DNA from: Ophelia neglecta
Lineage: Eukaryota
Direction: 5' to 3'
Assembly: GCA_965285935.1 (NCBI GenBank)
Contig: OZ260663.1
Location: 23,498,001-23,562,000, forward strand
Length of the DNA: 64,000 nt
Made by a program: the position numbers and the translations under genes. This document shows, in pieces, positions 14,401-26,611 of this stretch. A model generated the notes under the pieces. The model was not told the DNA's origin, did no database searches, and saw only the letters and a program-made list of their open reading frames with translations. The stretch's first letter is position 1. Each line of letters starts with the position of its first letter.

Positions 14401-16109
14401 ACGTGTCATCTACCAAGTCTTACCAGTATAGTAAACAGATGCTTCTGTTAATTTGACATTTATCAACTCAATATTGGTGATGCACCAGGCCCAAAAGCAA
14501 TAAACACAGGCCTTATAAACAAAGAAACATCGCTCTTCTAACCATCGACAATAAACAAAGTAACTTCGCTACCTTAAACAAGAATAGTATTTACTACCGG
14601 TTCATTAAACTTTTATAACATTAACCGAGCTATGTAACATAAAATTCCCTTTCGAGCTCTGAGATAGCGGCCCTTATTACCATTTACACGTGGATATTAA
14701 ACCTTTCCGTACGTATTTAAATTCTTTTACATCGGCCAAATGCTAATTAAACACCATCGACCCTTTAAACTCCGTTTTTAAAACCGGCAAAGGATGTTTT
14801 AACTCTTTGAACTTGTGACTGGTAACATTGCCTTCCCCCTTTCACCTTGTCCCCCCCCCCCCCCACCAGAGCCACCCACCTCCCAGCCCCCCCCCTTTCC
14901 CTGTTTATTTATATACACACATAACCACAATCTGTGTATGGGGCGGGGCGGCGGGGGGGGGGGGGGATCAACCACTCCTTCCTGCAGCATGGCATCAGAG
15001 ATGACAGCCGACATTAACTGACGAGGCCATTCAGCTGGGATTTCCCAGTTCATCGTTATTAAATTGACATATTGATCGTAGAGAGATTAGCTGTAAAGCT
15101 CGAACCACTTGTTAATACCAAAGAAAACAGAATGTTATGATATCCTACTAGGCTTGGAAATCTGAATATAAGTAGGGGAGCGGTTTGAAAGTTTAAACTA
15201 TAACCTGACCGGGTAATGATTTCAAAGACTTTCAATTTAATTGAACACCATCCTTCCATGTGACATCAGTGGGGTCGTTAATTGTAGAGTAAAGATATAT
15301 TTAAGAAATAAAAGAAGACGGAGCAGAATGGTATTACATTTAATAATTCAGTTCTTTTGTACACGACTACAGCATGACCAAAGTGGAAAAATTTAGATAT
15401 TAAATTCAATCATATTTATTTAAGGTTTTTTCATGAGACTGTCCGGAAAGTGGCAACCTGATATATATAGCTTGGGTGGCCTGATCTTTACAATTGGAAA
15501 CAATAAGCAAAAGTAACCCAAAATTGAGCTTTTAATTGGACCACTTCATAATCCATACCGATACATCACACTGATCAGAGAGAAACCCACGAAGAGACAA
15601 AATGAAGGGCTTGGAAAGAATCACTTCAGGCTTTTATCTCTAAGTTGAGGACAATAATGACTCAAATTTAAGCCGTGTCCATGCTCCGAGGCTTAAATTT
15701 GTCCATGTTCCGAGGTTAATACCCTTGAATTTCTGCCCAAAACGGCCCGCTCGCAAGTCGCACCAAGTCCGGATCGCGCGCAGGAATGTATTTTTTTAAA
15801 TTCAACATGGGATTGTGCGACCGATAAAGGTACAACATCAATATGCGCCAGTCATACCCGATCCCAATACCCCCCCCCCCCCGGCCCTTTCTATGCCCCT
15901 GGACGGACATTTCTTAATGTTGGGTTCTAGGTAGTCCTGGTAAATTACTAAATAGTACTTTGTCATGGATCGTATACTTAATCGTTATAAAGTTCTAGAA
16001 GACGGTGTCAATTCTGCCTTATTCGCGATTAAAACGTAATGGATCCTAATATGCCGCACATGTTCGTGTACAAATTGTACTAAACCATTAAAACACTAGC
16101 TAGTACATC

Positions 16110-16402
16110 CTCGTAGTAGGTCTTGTAATAAACCTTTGTCATTCCCGGTGAATGCTCGACCCCTGTTATGTTCCATGAATCACAAAGAATCGCTACGAAT
16201 CGCTGCGAACCCACTCAAGATGCCCTACGAATGGAAGCATGGTGCTGCTGACCTCGGGAGTTTTGGACATGTTCAAAAGACCCGAGGCGGGTCCACGGAC
16301 ACATACAAACTACCATGAATAGCCCAGGATTTACTACAGATTTACTTAGAATCAATCCCCAGTTCTTTCCCGCAGGATGTCGTGGTTGATGCGACTGGGG
16401 CG
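16110..16402. mobile_element. Probable non-autonomous DNA transposon remnant (PIF/Harbinger-like)
   Basis: Central near-palindrome TTTTGGACATGTTCAAAA, repeated ACGAAT motifs and a GCGACTGGGGC end. Family assignment is by recalled resemblance only. Confidence 0.3.
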
Positions 16403-18549
16403 TATTATCGAAAGGAAACCGCGCCTTGGACCCCTATTTTTCGAATTCTGACCAGTCTTTGGACCTCACATTTCATGTTTTTCAGATTTTTATAATGGTT
16501 TAATCCCATCTTAAACTGGAGCAGACCTTTTGGGGTCCCCTTTTTACCTGACGAGAGCATACCTACCAAAAAGCCACCAAGTACCTCCGCCGCATTAGGC
16601 CTGCTCCTAGCGATGCTCAGCGGAATACTTTTTACTCACAGGTTGACTTGAGTAGAGGGTCTTGTGTAAACCTGGAAGGTGCATGGAATGTCTTGGGTGC
16701 CAGCAATGTCGGTGATATTACAATAGAAACTAGGATGTTCTAATAACAGTCTAGGCCCCAGTATTCTAGATACAGTTTTCACATTTTCTTGATAATTATC
16801 ACCATTTGGGACATATTTTGGTTGCGTTTTTTATTTCTTTTGGAACTTGAAGAACAATTTTTACTTTCGGTAAAAAATATCCCTTTCCGCCACGCATTGC
16901 AACAATTATAATGTATACATTATTGCATGCAATTTCCAACTCAATAATTATCAAAGGACTGGCCCTAAAACCTTTGTACACTAGCGTGAGAAATCCTCCC
17001 TTCTCAGAGACGAAGAAGACGTCATATCGCTTTCAAAAGCTAGATTCCTGACCCCTGTTAGACATAGCTTCTCTTCTGCTAATTCGTACATGATACGCCC
17101 AATCGCCGAGTGGGCATCTGGGTAATATCCGCCGAAATTTTCACATCCACCCCACCATCACTTAGCCTCAGAAAACAGCTTGGGCATTTATCGGCGTCGT
17201 TCCGATTCAATTAGTATTTTACCTGGCGCACAAATTCCAGAACGTCTCGTGGGAGAACACGTCGCCACCCTGGGCAACGCGAGACTCAAGATGAGCTAAG
17301 TTATATAGCCGCAGAGTCGTATCGCAGTCTCGTCTGCCGTCAGTCGGTGACAGACGTCTGTGTTAGTCGTCTGTCAAATGACCTCTAAATGAACAGACAG
17401 GGTAAAAGTCGCCTAACATGCTGTCGTCTGCCAAAGTGTCTCCGACTGGAGTCTAGGCGACGTCTGCCAGTAAAGTCTTGACATTGTGACTCACAACAAA
17501 CACTGACTTCACTAAAACCACCAGATACAATAATTTCTTATATCTTTTCAAACTATCTTTAGCGATCTGAAAGGTTATTTTTAGTAGATAGGCCTACTAG
17601 ATAATTCTGAGATAATACGTTTTGGGCAAAACTGGCCCTGTGATCTTTGAAAAAACTTGGCTTAAGTCAATGTATGATCCAAACTTTCTCTTAGCTAAGA
17701 ATTTTTTTACAGATGAAGTTGTGAAACAATCGTATGTTAGTCTAGTCTAAGCATATTTCTTTGCTTAAATTTGAGATGTTAATGTTTCAAATGGTTGTTT
17801 CAAAAGACTTCACTTTAAATAATGTTAGAAATATTCACCATTATATGGTGCAACAAATTAAATTATTTATGCTAGTTTTCACTACTGGTGACCATACTTT
17901 TAAATTAACATTGACGACAAATGTTTTGGTCTCTGTATTGCCAGATTTATTGGGTATGCGCACATTTTAGTTCTAAAATTTGACTTTAAAGCAATCTTTT
18001 TACCTTGCTTGGATTTAAGTTACACTTGATAAAATACTTATGACAAACTAAGCAATGAACTTTTCAACAAAGACTCAAATCTTAGTTTCACACGTAACTA
18101 ATATCTAGGAAAGGACCAAGCAGACTACCAAGGTTTCCAATTTGAAAACTCTGCCAAGTTATTTTTCCGCCACAAAGCGTCATCGCTTACAATACAGACT
18201 GAAATCGATCTGTTTCTGTAAACAAGATTGTGGAAACTGTAACCACAGTATTGGACCGTACATGCAACTACCGAAAGTAACTGGTTAACCATAGAAAATA
18301 ATTAAGTACACGTGTAAGTTTTAGTCACGTGACAGGGTTATTGCTGTGCAATTGCTTAACGTGTATTTTGGCTTATTGTACGTTATTGTGCTGTACGCCG
18401 ATGTACAACGGCTGCCATAATATGTAACATATAACGATATCTAGTCATATCCCTGTACAATTGCAGGAGTTGTAAACATTGAAAACTTTTCCTGTCTGAA
18501 GTGGTTATTTAGGGAGAAAGAGTACAAGAAATGGACGGATGAGCCTGTT

Positions 18550-18800
18550 ATCAAGATTAAGAAGTGTTGGACGCTTAGGTATCAATGTTAAGGTGACATG
18601 TCTCCTTTCAGATGTATGAAGATGTGCCCGGATGTCCCATTTGTAATGTTTAAGGCGATGTGAACGCCTCTCTTTTTTTGCCAAATTTAAGGAGAAGGGA
18701 AGGATGTCCTTTCTATCTGGTTTAAGGAGATATGAACACTTTGTTACCAGGTTAAAAGTGGGGGTGTAGATATCTCCGTCTGCCAGGGGTGTTGTGAATG
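18550..18800. repeat. Degenerate ~30-35 bp tandem repeat
   Basis: Recurring TTAAGG(A/C/T)GATRTG...TGTC(C/T) units. Confidence 0.5.
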
Positions 18801-21800
18801 TGACGGAATAATGCCCACAGGAGGTTGTTGAACAATTTACATTTTACATCTAAAGACTATAAATCAATAGACGTTCAGATGGGCGTCGGACTTCCACACA
18901 ATTCCTCGTAGACAGCCAAAACCTATACTTTAGGTCCTATTTCGTTTAACCAGTTCGTCAAGCCGGCTATTACAAATCCATCAGCTTAACTAAGTGTGAG
19001 ATGTTTACCTACAGGTTCCTTTCTATACAGTGGCTAACCACAAAGCCTGATAATTGTCAAATTACTTGATAAATTCGGTGCCATTCTTCAGAGATTCGGC
19101 GGAAATAATGACTTTATATGTTAATTTATAGCAACTAATTAACAGTAGCACGATTGCTAAACCAGCATGATGCTAATTAAAATGCAAACCGATCCTTTTT
19201 TTAATGATCGTGTAAATATATGTGAGGAAGTGAAAAAATCGAATGTAAATTGGCCCTAGCAGGGGGTAAAATACACACACTATTGGTTATGATCATCTAC
19301 CTTGGGCTAAAGGGCATTGAGAAGCATTCCAAAGAAATCGCCACCCAAACATACAAACTGGAGTTTAACAAAGGAACATGAAGCAGCTTGGCCATTGTAC
19401 AGATAAATGAACTCTATATCATAGATGTTGTTGACCTACCACGAAACGTTCAGTTCTTATTTGTGCCCGTTTGTTCCCTAGTTCATTTAAGCGCTGGGCC
19501 CAATCTTCCCCAGGATATATTCCAACTAGTAAATCCGCCCCTAGCTGATCCCTAGCGGCGTTTTTAAAGAGCCTCCTTCTTTCGGTAAAGGTCACAGGTC
19601 AAAGCTGTTATCCAGCGTCTGCTACGTGTAGTGCAATATTTGACAAGTGTTCTTAGCCACAGTGACCGGTAAAACATAAAATACATACCCGGCGGAAAAA
19701 TTAAACTCGCCTTTCACTAATAGTTAATTAAATGGTTTATTAGTGCTATCGACTCGAATCCGCCACATTTTCTTTTTGTGTAACCCAACTATTAGGTGTA
19801 AAAGGTTCGATCCCGTGCCTGCTGTGAGAGAAAAGGATTTAGAGATTGGCACATTAAGAGTAGTTTTAATCATTTCTTTTTCATTTGAGTGTCAATATCT
19901 AATGCGGAAAGTAAGATATATCAGTAAAGTGTATTCATTAGGTCAAATGTAAAAATAAGCATTTGTATATGCGTGACCTGAATGTATGTGACATGGTTTC
20001 AGCCGTATTATATAGTTGGATAACATTGCAGGCATACCACTAGGTAAATTATCCTCTTTAAGATAACATTGGCTGTGTTAATTTGTCTTGTATTTCGTAA
20101 AAAGTATGAACAATTCATAAATAGAATAGTTAAGCGTTTGTATTGTGTCAGCAGCGAAATTGCCAAAGGAAGCGAAAAACATATGCATGTGTATATACCT
20201 TTATGAAAACTCACCATAGTGTGCATTTTTACGCATAGAGCTTGCATTGTTGAAACTTCCCACGGTGTTCTCAGGGTGTTTTGGCTGTAAGAGAATTAGT
20301 AAACAATTAGAAGTCAAATTCCTCTCTACCTTTTTTCACATTTCGTACAGTATTGGTTACATTTTCACCTGCAAAATCGAGTTTCAAATGTGACACAAGG
20401 CCAAACCGCCGGAAGTACATCTCTCAGCCGCAAAAAGATTCTAGAACAATTTGCAATAATTGTCTATTTCTTTTCCGCTTAAGGAAGCGATTAATCTTAT
20501 ATATAATTTATCACGTGACTTTTTCTGGCGTAAAAATACACAAAAAGAAACTTGATTGTAAAATTTTGAAGGTTGCCATGAAAACTGGGGAAAATAAATC
20601 ATCACTGATAGTAAAACGAATTGGTGTGATTTCTCTCATTCCACTGTTACATTAGTCAGACTGCATGCAATAGCGCCCAGTTAAGTTTCGAAAATCGCAT
20701 ACACTGACCCGCGAGATGAATAAGTAATATAAAAGCTGTAGATGGGGGAATGTAGAGCAATGCTACAGTTAAAAGACATTTAGAGGTTATAAAGGGACGA
20801 ACGAGGAATCCTCTTAGTTTTAACTGATAGTTTTTTGGCGCATTAACGTACGCCTTCTGAAGGTATGAAACTTTGTGGCGTTCTTTGTTCGGGGGTAATT
20901 GCTGAAACATTAATTATGCTGAAACCTGTTTTGTCGCTGACACTATAGGTTAGCTTTTGTGGCGAGCTTCGTCGTGGGGTATTACTTTAATAAGTCAAAG
21001 TAGTGTTTCCCGCCTGTTGACGGGAAACACTTGTCTTTTATGTTTATTTCTTCCCCGTGTCAATACCCTTGGGGCAAGAAAGATATCAAGGCGCGCGAAA
21101 CGTGTCAGTCCAGACGACACTAAGACGGACCACCTCTTCGGCAGACGACATTCGACATGAAACACTGTGAGCTCTGGGGAGAAGATTATTTACATAGTTT
21201 GGACAAAGCACCGCTTTTGATCCCTGCGCGCCGTGGCGCCAACCAGTAACCTAAACACTCAGCCAAAATCACTCCTCAACAATCACTGCCAACTTATTTG
21301 TCAGAGCAATTATCATTTCTTTCATTCAGCTGACGATTCTCGTTGCAAATGGCAGTTTTGTGCAATGTAGATTATTAGTTCACCGACGAATTGCTCTGAT
21401 GGCTCCATCCCATCGTGCCTGCAAAAATAACTCACTAAATCGTGTTGGCTCGTAAATTCTTGGGAAACACCCCAGACATACCTCGATCAAGTCTACTGGG
21501 ACCCCTCTACCATATCTCGTCTCTCTTGTCAAGTCCGGGGTGGAAAGAACAAAATAGATCCTAAAATATATGGCTACGAAGCAAGTATACCAATGCTTTT
21601 GACTCATAAGTCGGACGACCAATTTTCAATTAAGAATGAAATTGACACCCAATGATAGAAAGCCTTCAAGTTGTGAATTGGGAGAACTTGTTGTAATTAA
21701 GTACTTTACCGTTACAGAGGTCTTTACCATCAATTCCCAAAGTCCTTAATAATCGTTAAAACCTTGAGGTGTAATTGGATCGAGTAGATTTCGACACTTG

Positions 21801-22239
21801 CTCATGTGTTGTAAATCTTCACAATTTTAACACCTTTGCTTCCGGACTCTAATGCCGTAGATTTGTGACGGGGCCTAACACTTCTTGACTGATAGTTATT
21901 TGATGATGAACGGTTGCCTGCCCCGTTCGCCATGCCTCAGCGCCAAGACATATGGTTGCAAGATGAAGTCCTCCAAATTGGCATTTTTTAAGTGAAAAAG
22001 AAAACAGGTTTATCAAAAGGCCAAAGGTACAAAACACTTCGAGAGCTATTTTATTATTATTAAACCGACGAGGGAAGTTAGGTTTCAAAACTGCGACTAA
22101 ACTGTTTCCATTTTGCGCTGATGTTTAAAAGCGCCAGTCGGATTTCGTGTTTCCTGTTCGTAATTTAGTCAACTCGTGTTCATTCAATTGCTGTCGACAA
22201 GCGATGAAGATTTATGTGTCCATTACAACTAATTATGTC

Positions 22240-22280
22240 TCGACCAATCACGGCCCGCCTTCCCAGCGTGACGTCATTTC
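22240..22280 (+). promoter_or_regulatory. Putative Msx proximal promoter (CCAAT box, GC element, full CRE)
   Basis: CCAATCA at 22244, GGCCCGCC at 22252 and perfect TGACGTCA at 22269-22276, 200-330 bp upstream of the candidate start codons. Confidence 0.55.
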
Positions 22281-22575
22281 CTCACAAATCATCCGCCAAG
22301 CACCGCCCAGCTTGCAGTGACTTGGGGAATCAGTGTTATCATTTGGCCGGGTGGCAGCAACGGGCCAGCACGTATCAAAATCTGTCAACACAGATCACCC
22401 TTCGTGCCATAACTTATCTATGGAATTCTGGTCCCGGCAGATTAAGCCATATTCTGAGAACAATTAAGTGCTTTCATGAGCGCCCAGTGTGTCTATGGAG
22501 AAACGTATTACTACTGTGATTCGCGACTTGAAAAGAAAACAAAGTTGTGTTAACTTTGACATAGCTGATATCGCA

Positions 22576-25500
22576 ATGATGGAGCACCTCAAAGACGGAC
22601 ACAGGTCAAAAGACCACAAGACGGAAAAACCACGGGTAAAAAAGGCCCTTGCTTTCAGTGTGGAATCTATGCTGTCCAACCACAAGGATACTGTGAAATC
22701 CAGTGAAAATAACGCACAAAATGTGACAAATTTATCTGAAAAGAACGCTACTTCTCATATTCATTCTGATGACGAAGATAGTGAGCTAGATGTAGACGAT
22801 AGTGTATCTGAGAGTCGGAGTGCTCTAAACAGTCCCAGTTCTGGTAGTAACCTTGTTAGTAACTGTAGACAGTCCTCGTTCAGTGTGGAGGGCTTATTGT
22901 CATCAGGGGAGCGAGAGAAGGCGCCAGGAGGAGGGGAGGCGGAGGTAAACACCCCTCTTCCCTACCCACATGCCCTGATGAACTTACGAGTTGGAATGGG
23001 CATAGATAGTCCTTGGGTCGGGGGGCTCGGGCTGCCTTGGCTAAATCCCGCTCTTAACCCGCACACAAGTAAGTAAATGTTTAATATTATATTACATTTA
23101 GACCTGTATCATGCTAAATTCAAACAGAATATCTCATCCGATATTTTACAAACAGCTTTATATATTGTAAAGTGCTGTCTCAATTCTCGGTTGAGGAGAA
23201 TAAAATCAAAAGTATACTTGTTGAAAGGAACATTATATTTCTGATGTGAATAATACCGAGGTGGTTATGAAGGTAATGATATAAATGATATATAAAACTA
23301 AATCCTAGTTTGAAATGAACTTACCAGCCAATAAAATAAAAACTAATACGAAATTAAAATGATGTTATCTCTACAAAAGTTTGGTTTCTTCATAAATTAC
23401 CTGAGGTGACATTAAATTAAAACCGGAGGTCTTGTCATTATTTGTGTATACGTTTCTCCCACACGCGAGATCTTAAAGATGTCCCACAATTCATGTTTAA
23501 CCTTTGCGACTATGAAACAAAAAATAGTAAAAGAGGAGTTTATCAAAACTGCATATCTTACTTTTGCACTGTTTGTATTTTAACAGCCTGCAAGATTTTA
23601 AGGAATATGCAACTTCTCCATTGAACAACACTTTCTAAAGTGTCCTAATTCTGTTCCGTCACAGAAATGGCATAAATAAGTGTCCCGAATAAGTCTTGAA
23701 ACAAACTATGCCAAACATGTAAACGTCAAACATGAAAGTTGTGTAAATTTTAAAACTTTAGGTGACTTGACATGACTAACACCACGGCTATAGGCGGTTA
23801 ATTGGCAAGTCAGATTTCTAGGGTCTTGCGATCGGTCAAAAGAAAATTCTCACAAAAGACCCATTTCGCAAAAACTGGTTGTAGATTCTTCATTAAATTA
23901 ATGTTAAATGGAAATTATTATTTTCATGAGTGTAGTAATCATAATATTTTCCCAAATAATAACCAATGGTATTCCTCTGCAAAATAAACATCGTTAAGTA
24001 AGTTATCGGGAAAACTGTTCATAATGGTGAGTTTGTTACTGCGCTGGAACTGTTGAAGTATATGAAGCTACCACAGGTGCGGATTTAGGAAGAGGGGTAT
24101 CATTGGGGTCAAAAAAGCCCTCTTGTCTATCCACTTATAGCTCTAGAGTATTTAAACTGTGGGGCTGGTGCTTCTTCGCACACGGACATTATCCCTACAC
24201 CTCCCATTGAGAGGAGGCCCCCCCCATTAAACCTCACTCTAACAGCGACCCCCTCCAATTTTTACAAATCATTATGGCCTATATACCCGTCAATGAAGTT
24301 GTTACAACCAAGACATAACATAACCAGAACGTAAAAGGAAAGGTCTGTTGAAATAACACGCTCGATGATGGATGTTGTCAATCTACTAGGACAATCGAAA
24401 GTCATAACAGCATTACCAACAAAATCAGTTTTCAGTCTACCTAGCAATTATCGCCATGGCCCTTCACAGACGAATCTAATGGTCCCTCTTAAAGTGACAC
24501 TGTGGGCTTGCGTGTTGTTCTGCTTCAATTTATGACACGTCAACCCACTGAAAAAAACTACAAATTCAACCAACACCATGGTATATAAAATTGTCAGGAA
24601 AGGCATAGGAAAGCGTCCAAGCGTGCCCCAACTTAGAATGAAGGCTTTTGCAACTGCCACCCTTTGATCTGAGCTGACATTGCCAGAGAGCCATAAAATA
24701 CAAAACAGGCCACTAAATTATTTATTTGTCATATGTGACCTTTTCGTAACTTGACGCTTGCTCTTTTTTTGATAAATACATCCCTTACTCGAAAATTATG
24801 ACGTTGGTGATAATTATTTGTCGTCAACATAAAATGGCGCCATTTCATGGATGCGTAGATTCTTTCATTAGACACAATGTTTTCCGCGACTTATTAACTG
24901 GGTGTCAAATTGGTCATGAGAAAGGTTGATGAACTCGAAATATATTTTACAAAGCCATTTATTATAAGCTCAAATTGGCAAACATCGTATAGTAGATCTA
25001 TTATACTTTTATCTGTGAATGCACAACAATGGCTGTCCTGTACTGATATCTTGGTTTACAGGACTGATATCTGATAAAGAGACACCTTCTAACACTTTTT
25101 CTGCAGCCTGAAAAAAATATATACAATTGGTGCAATTAAACAGAGAATGAACTTAATATAGGTATACAAAACGGGCTAATTACCTTAAAAATATAACGTG
25201 AAATAAATTTACGTTACACTCTAATTGGGATCGAGATACTAATTAGTTATTATTTTCATAACTGCGTGATATCATTCACAATTTATAACGAGATTGACGT
25301 TGTTTCATTCTTGACGCCTGAAAGTAATGATTATTTGTTTTTTTAATCAACTTGGAGTGTTAAACGATAAATATCCTATATATGAAAGTTTCTACAATAC
25401 AAAGATAATCAATTTTGTTCTAAATTGAGAAAACGTACCCGAAACATTATTAGTATCAAATCATTAAATTTGTTTAGATCAATAGCCCGCGGTCGACAAT

Positions 25501-26090
25501 AAATCAAAACTCCTGCACGCTTAACGGTTTACTGTGTTCATATAAATGTACAGTTTTCTGACGCTAGGCCTCTGTAGGCATTTGCTATTCAACCAAGCAA
25601 TTATTTGGTTATTTTGTTATTGAGACCTGTCCTATAACTGCTGTTTTGTTTCGTTTCAGGGCCCTCCAGTCCAAACAAGCTGAGCCCAGTCCGAGTCGGA
25701 ATGCTACGGAAACACAAAACAAACAGAAAACCTCGAACACCATTTACTACACAACAACTTCTATCACTGGAGCGAAAATTTAGAGAAAAACAATACCTGT
25801 CGATCGCGGAACGGGCAGAATTCTCCGCCAGTCTCAGTTTAACAGAAACACAAGTTAAAATCTGGTTCCAAAATCGACGAGCGAAATCCAAACGGCTGCA
25901 AGAAGCGGAGCTGGAGAAATTAAAGATGGTTGCTCGGCAGATGATGCCGCCCGCGATGGGCCTGGGGTTCCCCGGCCTGGGGCTAGTGGCAGGACATCCC
26001 CCTGGGAATAGGATCGACCTACCACTGGTAGGTCACTTTCCCTTCGGCCCGGGGGCCTTATACCCACCTCATCTAGTGCATCAGAGGTGA
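22576..26090 (+). CDS. Msx: Msx/msh (muscle segment homeobox) transcription factor; 2 exons, about 307 aa (334 aa if the in-frame ATG at 22495 is used)
   Basis: Exons 22576-23068 (A|gtaagt) and 25660-26090 (after tttcag|); phase-1 join is in frame. Diagnostic [75 protein letters not shown]. eh1 motifs LAFSVESML and SSFSVEGLL; LPWL before the intron. Confidence 0.97.
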
Positions 26091-26605
26091 TGGTTTTAGT
26101 ATTCTTTGGAACACATTGGGATTTTATAATATATATGGTATCTGAGTGAAAACGGATAGTGACAATTTGAAGTAGGAAAAAGCTGTTTCTAAACCCAGAT
26201 ATTTAGTAAAACTGCTTTCCCGACAGAGATCTCGGGACTGGATACTCGTGGTCCGACGCTCCTATAGGAGTCAGGCTCTCGTGTCATATTCACACTGTAC
26301 ATTGAAATATTCAGAAAGCGTGCTAAAGACTGTGAAATATTGATTTAAATGTGTGCTAAGAGTTCATAAACGGAATATTTGCGGCAATGTCCCACCAACT
26401 TACTCTGTACGCCAATGAACTAGTTCACTTTGCGAGTACCTTGCTTTGCAATTGCAATATCAAATTAAAAGGTGCCTTATGTACAATTTATATTAACTTA
26501 TTAATACGTTTATGCATAATTAAAAAAATATGTCATGTTCCAAGATACCTCTTCTGTCTTTCGTGATAGCTTTATGGAATTAAACTCAGCCTCCGATACT
26601 ATTAA

Positions 26606-26611
26606 AATAAA
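26606..26611 (+). terminator. Candidate Msx polyadenylation signal
   Basis: First AATAAA I found after the stop codon, about 520 nt downstream; another lies near 26689. Confidence 0.4.

Noticed and set aside
19780-19830. B-box-like GGTTCGATCCC (also an A-box-like motif near 39918)
   Set aside because: No cloverleaf or correctly spaced A/B box pair; at most a decayed SINE.
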